DNA of 64,000 nucleotides from Catajapyx aquilonaris. Taxonomy: Eukaryota. This document shows, piece by piece, positions 25,868 to 39,990 of the stretch (its first letter is position 1; every line of letters begins with the position of its first letter). A model generated the notes under the pieces. It was not told the DNA's origin. It saw only the letters and a program-made list of their open reading frames with translations, and made no database searches. The position numbers and the translations under genes are program-made. The stretch is taken from assembly GCA_000934665.2 (NCBI GenBank), contig KZ538063.1, positions 62,001 through 126,000 on the forward strand, given 5' to 3'.

Positions 25868-28439
25868 AATGTTATTATGCCTGCCATTTATTTATAGATT
25901 TATATACTGTATTTAAGCTTACTTACATATTTAAGTATTATACGTAAGTAAGTAATATTAAGTATTTGCTTACTTATTTCCTCAGGTATTTTTACTTACT
26001 TATTTCCTCACTTACTTATTTACTTACAATAATTTATCTATTTGGGGAAGAGGAATATTTTGGTGAATACATCGGGCCTAAGCAAAAAGTCTGACTGAAA
26101 ATTTTCGTCTCGTGGCTGCTGTACAGAGACTATAGCCAGATAGCCTGACTTGGCCTGGCATCTGGTGTCCTGGCTTGCAAACAACCTCGACTATGGGAGA
26201 GAGAGAGAGAGAAAAGGCTATAGAGAGAAGGAGGGAGGGAGAGAGACGAAAGCAAAGCAAGCGGCTGTAGACGTCCATTAGAATTCATGGAAAGGGGGCT
26301 GGTGGCGGCACTCAAGACGCGACTAGTGTGTGTATGTGTGTGCAGAGTGGGAAACTCTCTCCCTCTCACTTCTGCATCGGACACACTTACACACCCTACC
26401 TTGTAACAACCCCCTTTCCAGAAAAAAAGAGAGGCAAAAGGGGGGGTTACGCAATAGCCTCGTACAGCAGGCGGCCATTAGTGCAATTGCATCGGGCAGT
26501 CTCCGCCCAATTAGCCCCTGGACAATTCCCCATTAGGCGCCTGCTATTCCGCACTCTATTAGACTCGACTATTCGTCTTGTGCCTCGTTGCCTCCTACTT
26601 TATGGCCCACGCTACTACCAACATGAATACCACCTTCTAAACGCGCGGATGGGGAAGTTTTAGATTGAAAAAAAAAAAAAAATAGTTGCAGCAGCTAGAT
26701 CACTAGATGGTACCGCACTCTAATTAAATAATGGGCTGCAATCATGGTGATATAAATTTAAAGTCCGGAAAAGGCCCGCCATCTTCTGTTTGGATAGGAC
26801 GCTTTAGGGCACCACGACAAATTAACGTATCAGCTATATGATTTTTTTGGCAACACTGAAACATCTACAACTGCAATGACGCGATTCGGACACAGGCCCT
26901 ATTGTTGCTAATTTACTGCCTTCAAATCTGCCCTAAAAAGCAGTCATGAAAATTATTAGTACGAACATACTCGTAAGGTAAAGCATTCATTTTCTCAATT
27001 CTAGTGGACATTGCGTTTAGACAAATCACCACCAAAATCACTGCCATCAACATCACCAATGCAAAATATACTGCGATGAAAGTCACTGGTACTAAAATCG
27101 CTGCTAACAAAACAAGCGCCACAACAGCCTGAAAACAGCTGTCGCCTAAATTACTGACAGCAAAATAACTGCTAGCACAATAGCTGCTACGAAAATTACC
27201 GGTCCAAAAGTAAATGTTGCCAAATTTCTGATACATGTATCAGAAATTTGGCAACAGCTGTTTTGGCGTCACTGATTTTGCTAGCAGCGATTTTAGTACC
27301 AGGGAGTTTAATCGCAGTTATTTTGGTATCAGTTGATAGTAGTTGTTTACGTATAAATAACTGCTATCAACATCACTGATACCAAAATACATGTAACTTC
27401 GATTAAACTCACTGGTACTAAAATCGCTGCGAACGAAATCAATGACACCAAAACAACTGTTGCCAAAATCACTGCTACCAATAACTGCTACTAGAATAGC
27501 TGCTACTATCGAACTACTATAGAAATCACTGGTCCCAAAAGACCTGCTAAAATTTCTCAAACCAAAACAGCCGTTGTCAAATTTCTGGTACCAAAATAGC
27601 TGCTATGAACATCACTGCTACCAAAATAGCTGATATGAAAATCACAGCTAACAAAATCGCTGTCGCCAAAATAACTTCCGAATTCTCAAGCCAAACTTTC
27701 CAGCGTCTCAATCGTTACTTTTGAGCCAAAATGGCTGACTTTTTGATTCAGAATGGTGTCATCTAGGCCTACCTGTGGCATTGTAATTTGCCAAAAAAAT
27801 AACCATATCAGATGGAGATTGATGCTGCACTATGGCGAAATTTCTGGTCGCAAAAATTTTTGCGGTCAAAAACTGCACGGGCATTACACATTGCATCGTT
27901 TCAAACTTGCCAATAATTATTGCTGTGTAATTAGCTATAGTTGTGTGTGCATGTGTGTCGGGGTATGATGCGATTTCACCTGGGGGATTTCAGATAGAAC
28001 CGCATTGTTAAAACTAGGCAAATGCTCCCCCCTCCCCACCCCCGGGCGTATTGCAATTTTGGACGGGGGGGGGGGGGGNNNNNNNNNNGGGGGGGGGGGG
28101 GCGAGCATTGACTTAAATTATGTGCAAATGGAGGACTATTCCATTCCGAGCCAAACCTCATTGCAATTTTGAAAATGCAAAAATAAAAAATATGTGCACA
28201 CACACAGAAAAAAAATATTTGGCGGCGCGTCATGATTTGACGGCCCCGAAGCGATGTGATTGGCCAGCCGGAAATAATACTATGCAGTTTTCCATTGTTT
28301 GCAATTAGCTGCTTTTGTTCTGGCTCCGGAGAGAGATTATTGCGAATATGCTTCATATAAAAAGGGGGCTGCTGGATGTGATATTGTTGTGTGTGTATTG
28401 AGTGCCTTTAATTTCATGCAAAACTGCCCACCGAGCGAC

Positions 28440-28573
28440 CACGTAGTACCATATCCCTCACATAGATGGCGCACACTACGGTCACTCCAAGAGTGGTGCG
28501 AGGGGTAGTGGTACTACATGCACCTAATTGATGACTCGCCGCGGACAAACAGAGGCACATTCTCAAGACTATA
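28440..28573 (+). repeat. Dispersed repeat family A, most complete copy; further plus-strand copies at 30408-30515, 31205-31260, 31948-32030 and 36068-36172
   Basis: CGTAGTACCATATCCCTCACATAGATGGCGC...GGGGTAGTGGTACTACATGCACCTAATTGATGACTCGCCGCGGACAAACAGAGGCAC; internal inverted pair GTAGTACC/GGTACTAC. Confidence 0.85.
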
Positions 28574-28629
28574 ACAACAACATAATCACCATCATCATAA
28601 AAAAAATTAATGATAATGCATCATAATCA

Positions 28630-28910
28630 TCTACAGAGTTCACAATCCGTGACTCCAACCTCGTAAACAAGCTGACACATCAGCTAATAAGGTAGTAGTC
28701 AACAATAGCTTTCACTTTCCCCGTTCAACAATATTAGAGGAAAGAGTAAGTGTAGCGCCATGGCGTGGACTTTGTCCGCGCATCGACTCATCACCAACGT
28801 GCACGTAGTACTACTTTCGCCCTGAGAGGGGCAGAAGGGTGAAGCGTCGGAGCTTATGCGCCAACTGGTAGTGGTGGCCTCTCGTACTACATCCAAGTTG
28901 GGGGGGTGGG
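28630..28910 (+). repeat. Dispersed repeat family C; internally shorter copy at 63082-63235
   Basis: TTCACAATCCGTGACTCCA and TCATCACCAACGTGCA(C/T)GTAGTA...TATGCGCCAACTGGTAGTGGT...TCGTACTAC(A/G)TCCAAGTTGG are shared; ~120 bp of middle sequence is absent from the second copy. Confidence 0.8.
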
Positions 28911-28999
28911 CCAAGAAGTGTTGCCAAATTTTGGCTACTAGTAATAAATAGCTAATAAATGACTAATAAATAATACTAACATATAATAAATGATTAAAA

Positions 29000-29043
<44 letters not shown>

Positions 29044-30667
29044 GATTATTATTATTATGCTATAATATGCAGGATAAAAGCCCTGGCCAAATCCTCCCAC
29101 CATCCACCTCCCTCCCTTTTCATATGATTGAAAGGAGTCCTGGAAGCAGAAAGTTGTCGATAATATAACGGAAGCGAAGGGAAAATTGTGTTCCCCGGAG
29201 CTCTGTAGGAATCCTTATGCAATTACATGACTTTATAAGGCACAAGTAATACAGTGCGCTTATTGTTGTGTTGCTGGAAAAACTTACTTTTCCAATAACC
29301 AGTCTGATGGAATTGCTGGTCTATACCCCCCCCAAATGATTCCCGTTGCAAAAAGTATACTATATACGATATAACCTATATATGAGGAGGAAAGAGGGAG
29401 GCCGGGGGGAAAAATAATGCTAAAAAAACACGGATCTTTCTTGAAGACTCTATAGGGGGAAGCAAATTGGCAAATTTCTCGCGAAGTATATCATTAGCAC
29501 GTGATCGCCAAATCGACCAACAGCTTTTGCCAAATTGCTATTACAGTGCTAATGCAGCTACGAGTAGGAGGAATAAGAGGGACAAGTAATGGTAAAACAT
29601 ATAGTCTATATACGTACACTTATAAAATCAAAAGCTACTCTGTTTCAATCGATTGATTGGTTAATTTATGTATTGATTTATGCATAGACTATGTTAGTAT
29701 ACTTATACATTATTTGACAGATCTATACATTTTAATGCGTACTGTATGACTTTCCCTATTTGCACTTTTCATGCATGTACTGTACTTCACAATTCCCTCG
29801 CTTATGGGTTATGACTCAAAAAGTTGCGGACACAGTGTGAGTTTTCCGGCCCAAAACTTGTTTAAAAAAAAAAATCGATACATGGAAATGCGATCGGAGC
29901 ATTGTGCAGAATAAAAGTGCATTAACGCAGTGCAGCCAATGGCAAAAAAAACAAGCAAAAAAACGAACGTTTCCATTGCCCCCCCCCCNCCCCCCCCCCC
30001 CCCCCATGCAATTCAATAGTCCACAGCTATTTCATACCTCGGGGTCCATTAGCATGAATTTTTTGTATTCGGGGAGAGTGGGGAAGGGGAGGGGGCGGGG
30101 GAGATAACGATTGTGTGTGCTGGGTGGGGGGGAGGTAAAAATCCGGGTGCAAATCGCAATTTACGTTTTGCGAGAATGACTCGGGTATCGCCTTTTGCAC
30201 TTGTTTGCGGCCTGCAAAAGGACTCTGATTAAATTCGGCCGTCCTTTCATCAGATGAGCGTTACAAATCGTTTGGCAACACTGAGCCCGTTATTGCATAA
30301 ATAGTCGTAAATAGCAGTGCTTCAACACCCAGGAAAAGAAAACGGAATGTGCCAATAGGAATCGGAAATATTCATCCAATCATAAAACTTGTCAACACTG
30401 CCCACACAGTACCGAATCTCTCACATAGCGTCATAGATGGCGCAGTCTCCCCTCCTGCACACTACTGCCACTCTCAGGGTCGTGCCTGAGATAGCACTTG
30501 GTGCTATGGACAAATATTTTTACAAGAGCAACCAAGTGCGCACCTACACTCGCGCAGCTCCATTGTTCCGGCCCTAGACACTTCCTAATATTAGTAACTA
30601 ATTTGGTACGAGTAATTTTGTAAGCTATTTATTAATAACAATGACTTGTCTTAGTTTTCCATTTCGT

Positions 30668-30795
30668 AACAGTTACTAATTTTGCAAGGTATTCATTTAT
30701 AACAGTTACTAATTTTGCAAGGTATTCATTTATAACAGTTACTAATTTTGTAAGGTATTCATTTATAACAGTTACTCATTTTGTAAAGTATTCAT
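30668..30795. repeat. 33 bp tandem repeat x~4 within an AT-rich block
   Basis: AACAGTTACTAATTTTG(C/T)AAGGTATTCATTTAT at 30668, 30701 and 30734. Confidence 0.85.
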
Positions 30796-30992
30796 TGATT
30801 TTATAACAATTGCTTCTCCTAGTTTTCCATTTTGTAACAGTTACTCATGTTGCACATGTCATACATTTTAAGTTATTCGCTTGTAGCACATTCATCTCTA
30901 ACGGTTATTTATAATAATAGTTCTTCACATTTGTATGTCGTTCATTGGGGATTTATGATAGTTATAATTTTTGTTGTAATAGCAATTCGCAT

Positions 30993-31193
30993 CAGTAGCC
31001 TCTGAGGTTTGTTCAAAAGTCTTGGAAACGTCGCAAACGTCGCCCATTTTATCCCCCTCACTCAAGCGTAGCGTTGGAAATAAGTACAGAGTATATACAT
31101 ACAAGTACAAGCAATACAGATAATTTACAAGCTGCCATTGTTAATGCCAACAGTACACCCTGCGCACTCGGTTGTGCGCATTTAAAAAAATCG
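30993..31193 (+). repeat. Diverged direct repeat with 32340-32478
   Basis: GTAGCCTCT(G/A)AGGTT...TAGCGTTGGAAA...TGCGCACTCGGTTG occurs in both. Confidence 0.65.
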
Positions 31194-33259
31194 TAGTGAA
31201 TAATGCCACTCTCAGGGATCTGAGCAGAGATGACTCACCCCGAACAACATGAGATACAGGGACACAACTGATTGGTCAGCCAAGGGTCGCATTACAGTTT
31301 GCATTCCGACTGGTGCTTATTCGATGAATCCGATTTTTTTTCTGGTCCAGGGTTGGAAATAAAGGGCGTCCCTTTTGGTCAGTCCAGCCTGCCACACTCA
31401 AGTTGCAATTGGCGGAGGCGGGCGTATTTATTCCTCCCTCCCACCCTATAAAGTTTATATGTTCTTGGGAGCGTTGTTATCAATGGCCCTGGCTGTAATT
31501 TGGGTGGATGCAAAGAGGCTGCCCACTGTCCCATTCCGACGCCTTATCTCGATGGACGCTAACTCCTAATGAGAAAGGCTCCCCCCCCCCCCTAACAAAT
31601 CTCCCTTCCCTCTCCCTCCCCTCCCCAGGCTTAATTGCGAATGGTACCTTTCCTCAGAAGCCATTCCTCGCAACCCAATACCTCATTACAACATCTCACC
31701 CCGTACCCCCCATCCTCTTCTTTTTTTCTCCTCTCATTTCACTCTGATTGCCAGGGAAGGTTCTGCTGAGTTTCATTTACATACTCCTGCCTAATTAGCC
31801 TGATGGAATCTTGGCAGTTATTGGCGTCGGACGGTCAAGAACTTTTTGGCCATCGAAGTTGGTCAAGGAACCAATGGTTGCAATGTAAAAATTATTCCAA
31901 CAGACGATATTTCAATATGAGGTGTCAAATTACATTTCTTTCCGCTATGTAGTACAGTAGCCCTCACATAGATGGCGCCCAATCCAACTCTCACTGTCGT
32001 GCTGGGGCAGATGACTCACCGCGGACAGAGTCTCACTCAATGCAATTCTGTGTGATAACAGATGTATGACTAAAGCAACTGAATGGATCCAGCTCTAAAT
32101 GGCAACACTGCTGTTCAACGGACCAATTGTGGTCAATTTCTAACTTTCAACCAATCAGCTATAAGATCTCAGAGGTGTCATATTACACGCTGTTGGTACT
32201 ACTGATTTCGAAAGAAACAGACGGTTACTAAATTATATGATTTTTTAACGAGCTCAACCGAGTGCGCATCCACATTCGCGCAAGTCCATTGTTCCGACAA
32301 CAATGCTGCCACAGTTACTCCCCAAGCCAAATTCTCACCGGTAGCCTCTAAGGTTCGTTCCAGAGCATTGGCAACATCGCAAAAAGTCGGCCATATTGTT
32401 ACCCCCTGAAGCTTAGCGTTGGAAACAATGTGCGCGAACTCTGTTGCGCACTCGGTTGCGCTCATTAAAAAATTCCGATTTTTAAATAGTAACTCTTAGA
32501 ATAATTTTAAGAGTTGGTAATAATATGATTAGTATGTAGCTATAATATTTGCGCGTTTTAATAGCGGATTTCTGGATTTAACGAGCCAAAATAATTTAAA
32601 GGAATTTAACTGTTGCTGGGCCCGAATTTGCCGGCAGATTTTTAACGCTAGCTGCTGACGAGGGGAATGTTTCGGATTATTGATATACCGTTGCTTTTCA
32701 TTACAGTTAAACTTTAATAACGCGTCAATAAAACAACCCCCCTCCTCCCCCTCCCAACTCTCCCACTGCTAAGCATATTTGCACCAGTGAATCAACACCA
32801 CCGTGATGCAAATTCATGTACACGAAACAATGGGTCCCGGTGTATCATTGTATGCCAAGTATGTATTACATCATTGGAGAGAGAGAAAAAAGGGAGAAAT
32901 TATTTTCGTCAAATTTATTCACCCACAGTAAATCTCACAAATATGCAGATAAAAACGCAGTCCACAGCAACCCGCCCAGAACCCGCCCTATAGAGCAACT
33001 AGATTTCGTGTGAATAATAGTTATTCAGTTTGTAACAGTCCCTCATTTCGCAACTGTTACGCATTTGGTACCGGTTATCCATTCTGTAAGTTATTCATTT
33101 CTAACGGTTTTTCCAAAATAGTAATTAATTTTGTAACACTAATTTCGTAAGTAACTCATTTTGTAACAGTTACTAACAGCAGCTACTAAATTGATAGCTG
33201 TCACTAATTTAGCAGTAGGTACTAATTTGGTAAATGTTATTAATTTATCAAGCTATTCA

Positions 33260-33680
33260 GTTTGTAACATAGTTATTCACCCGCAACAGTTATTAATTTG
33301 ACATGCTATTTGAAATAACAGCTATTTGCTTTGTAACATAGTTATTCACCTGCAACAGTTATTAATTTGACATGCTATTTGAAATAACAGCTATTTGCTT
33401 TGTAACATAGTTATTCACCTGCAACAGTTATTAATTTGACACGCTATTTGAATTAACAGCTATTTGCTTTGTAATATAGCTATTCACCTGCAACAGTTAT
33501 TAATTTGACATGCTATTTGAAATAACAGCTATTTGCTTTGTAACATAGTTATTCACCTGCAACAGTTATTAATTTGACATGCTATTTAAAATAACAGCGA
33601 TTTCCTTTGTAATACGGTTATTCACCTGCAACAGTTATTGATTTGACATGCTATTTGAAATAACAGTCATTTACTTTGTA
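33260..33680. repeat. 69 bp tandem repeat x~6
   Basis: TTGTAACATAGTTATTCACCTGCAACAGTTATTAATTTGACATGCTATTTGAAATAACAGCTATTTGCT. Confidence 0.9.
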
Positions 33681-33689
33681 ATGGTTACC

Positions 33690-34340
33690 TCTCTTTCGAG
33701 GCTATTAATGATGGTGGTTATTTCTGTCGTAATTTATATTATTTTCAACTGTTATTTTTATGAACAGTTATTTATCTGACGAATGGCGTGATTGTCGCGG
33801 GCGAAACAATGAATCATAGCTCTCATTTCGCAGCAAATTAATTATTTAGTAAGTTATTCATCTTGTAATAGTTATTCACTTGTAAGTTTTTAGTATACAA
33901 GATGTTTATTATAATAGCTATTTATTTTTTGTAACGCTAGTTATCTTTCGAAGGCTATTATTTTATGATGGTTGTTATTTCTGTAGTAATAGCTGTTTAT
34001 ATTATTTTCAGCGACTATTTTATGAACAGTTATTTATCTCACCACGAATGCTGGCGTGATTGTCGGGGCGAAACAAAGAATCGTATCTCTAATTTTGTAA
34101 CAACCAGTGATTTAGGAAGTTATTCATTTTGTAACAGTTATTCGCTTGTAACAGTTATTCATTTTGTAACAGTTATTCATTTTGCAGATTATTTATAATC
34201 ACGGCTATTTCGTAGTGGTTGCTTAAGAGGCAATATTTATGATAGTTATTTCTGCTTTGTAATAGCTATTTTCATTTCGATAGCTATTTGATGAAGAGTT
34301 ACGAATGGCGTGATCGTTCCGGGTGAAACAAAGAATCGTC
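33690..34340. repeat. ~260 bp degenerate tandem x3
   Basis: CGAATG..GCGTGAT(T/C)GT..GGG(C/T)GAAACAA.GAATC at ~33780, ~34045 and ~34302. Confidence 0.7.
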
Positions 34341-35084
34341 TGTGTGTGTTTGCTGAGCGCATTATCCCTAACAAATGGCCTGCGCACACAGGAATGAATG
34401 TGCTCGGGAACCAATGATTAAGCGGCACACATGACGGAATCACACACGTCCACACAAATAAACGCCCGTCTCTCCCTCCTTAGCTTGTCCGTTGTATGCA
34501 CACCAGTTATGTAACCGATATTCTGCAAATGCGGGGCCGAAATTAGACTGCGTTTCGACAACGTGCAAAAAAAAAAGAATAATAATTCGCGATCTATGGC
34601 GTAGGTTGCTGAGAATGGCGCAAACAAACGATAACCGGATTGACCAGCAGTTTTAATAAAGTTTGCGCCTGCAGTTTTTTTTATCGTTTGTTTTCAGGCT
34701 TTAAAAAATGGGCGCGACTATAACTTGGTCGCGTTTCCTGCAATTATTTCTGGGAAGGCTGCGTTTTGCTCGCTATTTCTGCCTGCGAAACTGCATGCTT
34801 GATAATCGCGTTTTAATGACGCAGCATGTGCTGTGTATGTGGGGGCATCCCTGATGTTAGTACGTACACAACTCCAGTTTTTCATCTAACCAGCAGTGGC
34901 TCCAGACTAATATCTCCCGGATGCAAAATACGATTTTGATTCGCAAAACGTTTTCTGCGCAAAAAAAAAATATTCGCACCAACTTTTGCATCCGGAGGAA
35001 AATAAAATTAATGTACGTGTATGGGCTGCGAACTGTGCATGCTAATTAGGAGTCTGACAATTTATTGCACCAACTATGCAGTGG

Positions 35085-36000
35085 GATAGTTGCTAATTTG
35101 GCAATAGTTGCTCATTTCCACAAGTTATCCATTTTGTAAGTTATTAATCGATAACGGTTACTTATAATAACAACTTTCTATTTGATAACCGTTACCCATT
35201 TCGTAACAGGTTATCCATATTTGTAAACTATTCATTTATAACGGTTATTTATAATGACATAATTGCATTTTATAACAGCCACTAATTTTTCACTAATTTT
35301 TGTATGCTATTCATTTATATAACGTTATTTATAATAGCAACTTTCCATTTGCTGGTAACAGTTACTCATTTTGTAACAGGTAGGCCTACTCATTTTGTAA
35401 ACTATTAATTTATAACAGCTGTTCACGTGTAATAGTTACTCATTTTGTAACCGTTGCTCATTAGTACATGTTATATCAAGGTTATATCCATTTTGTAAGC
35501 TATTCATTTATAGCGGTTACTTATAATAACAGATTCCCATTTTATAACTGTTACACATTTCGAAACAGGTATTACCAAATGGTATTACTCATTTTGTAAA
35601 CTATACAATTATAACAGCTATTCACATGTAATAGTTCGTCATTTGTAACAGTTATAGGCCTACTCATTTATTGCGAACTATTAATTTATAACGGTTATTT
35701 GTAATAACAGCTTTCCATTTTGCAACAGTTGCATGGTCATTTCGTAACCCTTGCTCATTTCGTAAGGTATCCATTTAACTTATAACAGCTATTCACTTAT
35801 ATAGTTACTCATCTAACGACTATTCATTTATAACAGCTATTCACATGTAGTTGTTCATGTAACAGTTATTCATGTAACAGTTATTCATAACAAGTTATTC
35901 ATGTAACAGTTATTCATAACAAGTTATCCATGTAACAGTTATTCATAACAAGTTATCCATGTAACAGTTATTCATAACAAGTTATTCATTTTGTAATAGC
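35085..36000. repeat. AT-rich degenerate block ending in a 29 bp tandem x4
   Basis: CATGTAACAGTTATTCATAACAAGTTAT(T/C) units at 35871-35990. Confidence 0.8.
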
Positions 36001-37584
36001 TACCTCTCTTTCATGACTTCAGGCATGGGTACTTGTACTGTACACCTAAACTTGGCAAATCTGCCCGCAGTACCGTGGTCCTCACTAATGGCGCACTACT
36101 GCCACACTAAGGGTTGTGCGAGGGGTAGTGATACTGCATGCACCTCTGGACAAACAGAGTAAGAGCCTCAACCCTCCAGATGGACCCCCCATATATATTC
36201 GTCTTGTTAATTTTCAGGTTGTGCCCCCCCTTTATTGAATTAGAATCCGTCCGTTTGTTGATAGTTGGGCCCCGGAAAAGCCCCCGGATTCAGATGGTCC
36301 GGAAGAAAAACTCTTTATGGTCGAGGGTCGTATATATTCCGGTCCTGCGGGCTCTTTACGGCAGTTAGCGAATAGGATTGTTTCTCTATGGGTGGGTGGG
36401 TGGGGGGGAGGCTGACACACCGGGAAAAGGGCGGTGCAGCAGCCCTTCCCTACCCCACATTTTATACGAGTCCCTCAGGACTAGGCTAACGCAAGGATGA
36501 TGGCAGTTGCAAGCTCCAATTGGCGGCCCTGGGGCATTGCCCAAGTGCCCAAATGACACTCTCAAGGACACGCATCAAAGCAAGAAACAGACACAGGCGG
36601 ACATTTTCTGTTTCTCTCTCCGCAAATTCACTTCTCTCCTGTGCATCCGGGAGTGCCATCAAAATTTTAAGGGCAGCAGGATATATATTCTTGGTTCTAG
36701 GTATACGACGTAAAAATACAGGTACCTGTGATGGCAAATTGACAAAGCCACTATAACGTTCGTTATCCTGCGGCGCACACGACGGTCAGTAATGCTGGCG
36801 AATACACAACCCACATTTAGCACACAGATTGCGCAACTAGAATCATCGGTCAATGCGGCGTACCGTGCCTGGCAGGGACACAAGACGGACATTACTGGTG
36901 CGGGCACCCGAAGCCATACAGATGACACTAACATAAAAGGGGGCCATCCAGCTCAAAAAATTCATTTCTGCCCATTCTTTCTGGGGATATATAGCTGTGC
37001 CATTATTACCATGCACCACTATATGGATGTGTGCTATACCTATCCCACTTGTGCTTTGGAAGAAAATTTCTTTTTATGTGCCGGGAAGATTGCGAGATGG
37101 TAGGAAAACGATATCCGATAATTTGGTCATGGGCCCGAGAGTCACTCCTCGGGAATGGGGGATGACAAAACGGTTTATGTCCACAGCTTCCGGCTCAAAT
37201 GGGATTCAAAATGGCGTTTATTCTCCCCCAGATGCAGGCTACTATTGGCCACATTAAGGGGATAATATGGGGGGCTATGTGGCCCTTCAATTTTGTGTGT
37301 GGAGGAATCAATATGGGAGGTTGCTTCAACTGGTGTCGACATTGCAGAATAGCATTCTTATAAACTAGCAGTTATTTTTCATTCTGAGCAGTATTTCAGC
37401 AGCTCTACTTACTTATTTAAAGAACTTCATCAATAATATGAAAATGGCACTATCTCCTATGTTTGCAAATTATTTGTCGTCCAAAAACTAAATGTAAATG
37501 TCACTTACTTGTACGTAGTGTCCGATAGTTGCAAATCGAGTCGTCCAATACCAAAAATCGCACTGTTCGGTTCGCAACCTCTGA

Positions 37585-37655
<71 letters not shown>
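37585..37655. repeat. (AAT)n microsatellite; another (ATT)n at 29002-29058
   Basis: Perfect trinucleotide run. Confidence 0.95.
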
Positions 37656-37899
37656 GGTCCATGACTTACCTTTTGATATTCCTGGAAAAACACAAGTATC
37701 GAAACTAAAATTTAAAAAAAAACACGAATTAAAATAATGAAAATATAACTAATACGCATAATGTAATATTATATACCTGAAGAGAGAATAACATACTTTT
37801 GTGATAACTAATAGACAAGCCGGGTTGTCTGTTTCGAACGTCTTTTAATGATCTCTCTAAGTCTCCTGGTGTCACAAAGAGGCATTTACACAAACTTTA

Positions 37900-38973
37900 A
37901 CAAATGTTTTTTTTATTATTACTTTCATATAGCTCAAACCTTAAAATAATAATAGGAATAATAATAATAATATCTTTTATTATTATTATTCATACAGTTC
38001 CACCAGAACAAAAAGTGTCGGGCTTAACGGGGACCGCTTCACCTCAATTTTTTATTCTGAAGTACTGGCTGAATATATATATATTTTTCTGAAATGGGGG
38101 AGGGGGGGGGTGGGGGAGAGGGACATATTTTATTCAAGGAGAAGATCTTTCCACAGAATATTTACAAGATGTCTCCCTCGACTTCTTCTTCTCACAAGGG
38201 ATGGGCAGGTGGTTGTGGTGGGGTCGACGACGTGTAACACGGAAAAAAGATTTTAATATTTATTTTGTGTTTGTTTTTTTTATATGTTATATCTTCTCTC
38301 TCTCTCGCCCCTCTCTTTTTTTTGTATTCTTTGGGGGGGAAAAGTTATGGACCGACGGCTTGGAAGAAAAAAAAAACAAAAAAAAACAAGCGGTGTTTGA
38401 CTAAGTTATGTTTGTTATCCCCTTAGCATCTTCACACTTTTCTTCTCGCTTGAAAATCCGGGTCGTCACACTCGGGGTTTTTTTCTTTAAATAAAACTCA
38501 TTTTTTTGTCTCGTCCGCAACATTTCTTTGTCCACACTATATCTCTTCGGAATTTCGCACCAGGGCAGGACACACTATCACTATGTGTTTATTGATAACA
38601 GTTGCACCATTTTTGTATGACTAGAACTTGCACACGTGTGTTCCGACTCGTATACTGGCCTGTGATTGTGTCACGACATTTTATTTATTTTTCGTTCGAC
38701 TTGGATTATCACAGAGAGTTTTGTTATCTCACTGAACGCACCGGTTTTCTCGGGGGGAGAGTGTTTGGGGGGAAGAGCAAGAGGAAGGTCAGGGCTTGTT
38801 TCTTTTGTTGGTTGATTGGTGGATGGTCCACACGACGACGCTCTTTCTTATTGGTTGGTTATTTTCTTTTTCTGCTTTCTTTCTGGGTGGCTGGCGGTTG
38901 GCTGTGGAAGGCCGACCGGACCAATCAGGTTTGAAGAGTCAGCGTTTTTTTGGGCAGTGGAGGGGGGACGCCA
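37900..38973 (-). other. Probable 3' UTR of the Dpr gene (distal end uncertain)
   Basis: Follows the stop codon. Minus-strand AATAAA at 38588-38593 and elsewhere, K-box CTGTGATA at 38707-38714, and TGTAAATA at 38159-38166. Confidence 0.45.
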
Positions 38974-39113
38974 TTATCTCTTGCGGTGTTGCCAGGTGTT
39001 GACGTCCAGGAGGGGGATGGTGGTGGTGCACAGGAGGAGGAGGAAGGGGAGGAAGGTTGGCGCCACCAGCCTGGAGATGGCCCCACCGGTTTGCATCGCA
39101 GCCGGACGCTCCC
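38974..39113 (-). CDS. dpr6: Dpr-family terminal coding exon: (G)ERPAAMQTGGAISRLVAPTFLPFLLLLCTTTIPLLDVNTWQHRKR*
   Basis: Acceptor caattccag|GG is phase 1, matching the donor at 49342. The GE-x-P-x-AMQ motif typical of Dpr proteins after Ig2 is followed by a hydrophobic GPI-signal-like stretch and TAA. Not in the supplied ORF track. Confidence 0.88.
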
Positions 39114-39149
39114 CTGGAATTGCGGGACGGATTGGATATCATTTTGTAG

Positions 39150-39990
39150 CTAATCAATCTAAAATACTACGAAATGAACTCGTAATAACTGAGAAGTAAA
39201 CTAATAGAAACAATTGTAACTAATAAATGAAACTAATAGAAACAATTGTAACTAATAAATGAAACTAATAGAAACAATTGTAACTAATAAATGAAACTAA
39301 TACAACAATGGTAGCTAATAAAATGAAACTAATACAACATGGTAGCTAATAAAAATGAAACTAATACAACAATGGTAGCTAATAAAAATGAAACTAATAC
39401 AACAATTGCAACTAATAAAACTAATAGAACAATTGCAACTAATAAAACTAATAGAACAATTGCAACCAATAAAACTCATAGAACAATTGCAACTAATAAA
39501 ACTAATACAACAATTATTGTAACCAATAATAGCTAAACTTAATAACCAATAATAGCTAATCTTAATAAGAAATCATAGCTAAACCTAAAAATAACTGAAA
39601 TAAATTAATAATCACTGAAATAAATTAATAATCGCTGGTAAACTGGTAATAAAACGAATAATAAACAGCTAATAACTGATGAAATCGATCATAACTAATT
39701 ACCTGATAATAGCTACATACAACAGATAACTCATAACTAAGAAACCTTCTCATAATAATTAATAACACTGATAATAACTGATGACTAATAAAACGGTAAC
39801 TAATATATTTGATCATAAATCTGAAATAGCTGTTCGTAAATTCTCATTATAACTGATGTTATTAACTAATCATAAACTAATGATAAACTCGTACAAATAT
39901 ACAGTAACACCATAACTAATAAACTGCCAAATAGTAACTGCTATCAAATAACTAATACAACCTGAAATAGCTGTTGCAAATAACAGCTTT
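39150..39990. repeat. AACTAATA-rich minisatellite block (32/33/27 bp units)
   Basis: AAACTAATAGAAACAATTGTAACTAATAAATG tandem and variants. Confidence 0.85.

Noticed and set aside
28065..28101. Long G run with 10 Ns (single Ns also at 20858 and 29989)
   Set aside because: Assembly uncertainty in homopolymers; run lengths and any G-quadruplex claims are unreliable.
33260..33680. Regular repeats superficially like a CRISPR array (also 15100-15440 and 40870-41560)
   Set aside because: Head-to-tail tandems with no unique spacers, no cas genes, and a eukaryotic context.
38939..39157. ORF with PPPPVHHHHPPP
   Set aside because: Alternative frame of the true Dpr terminal exon.
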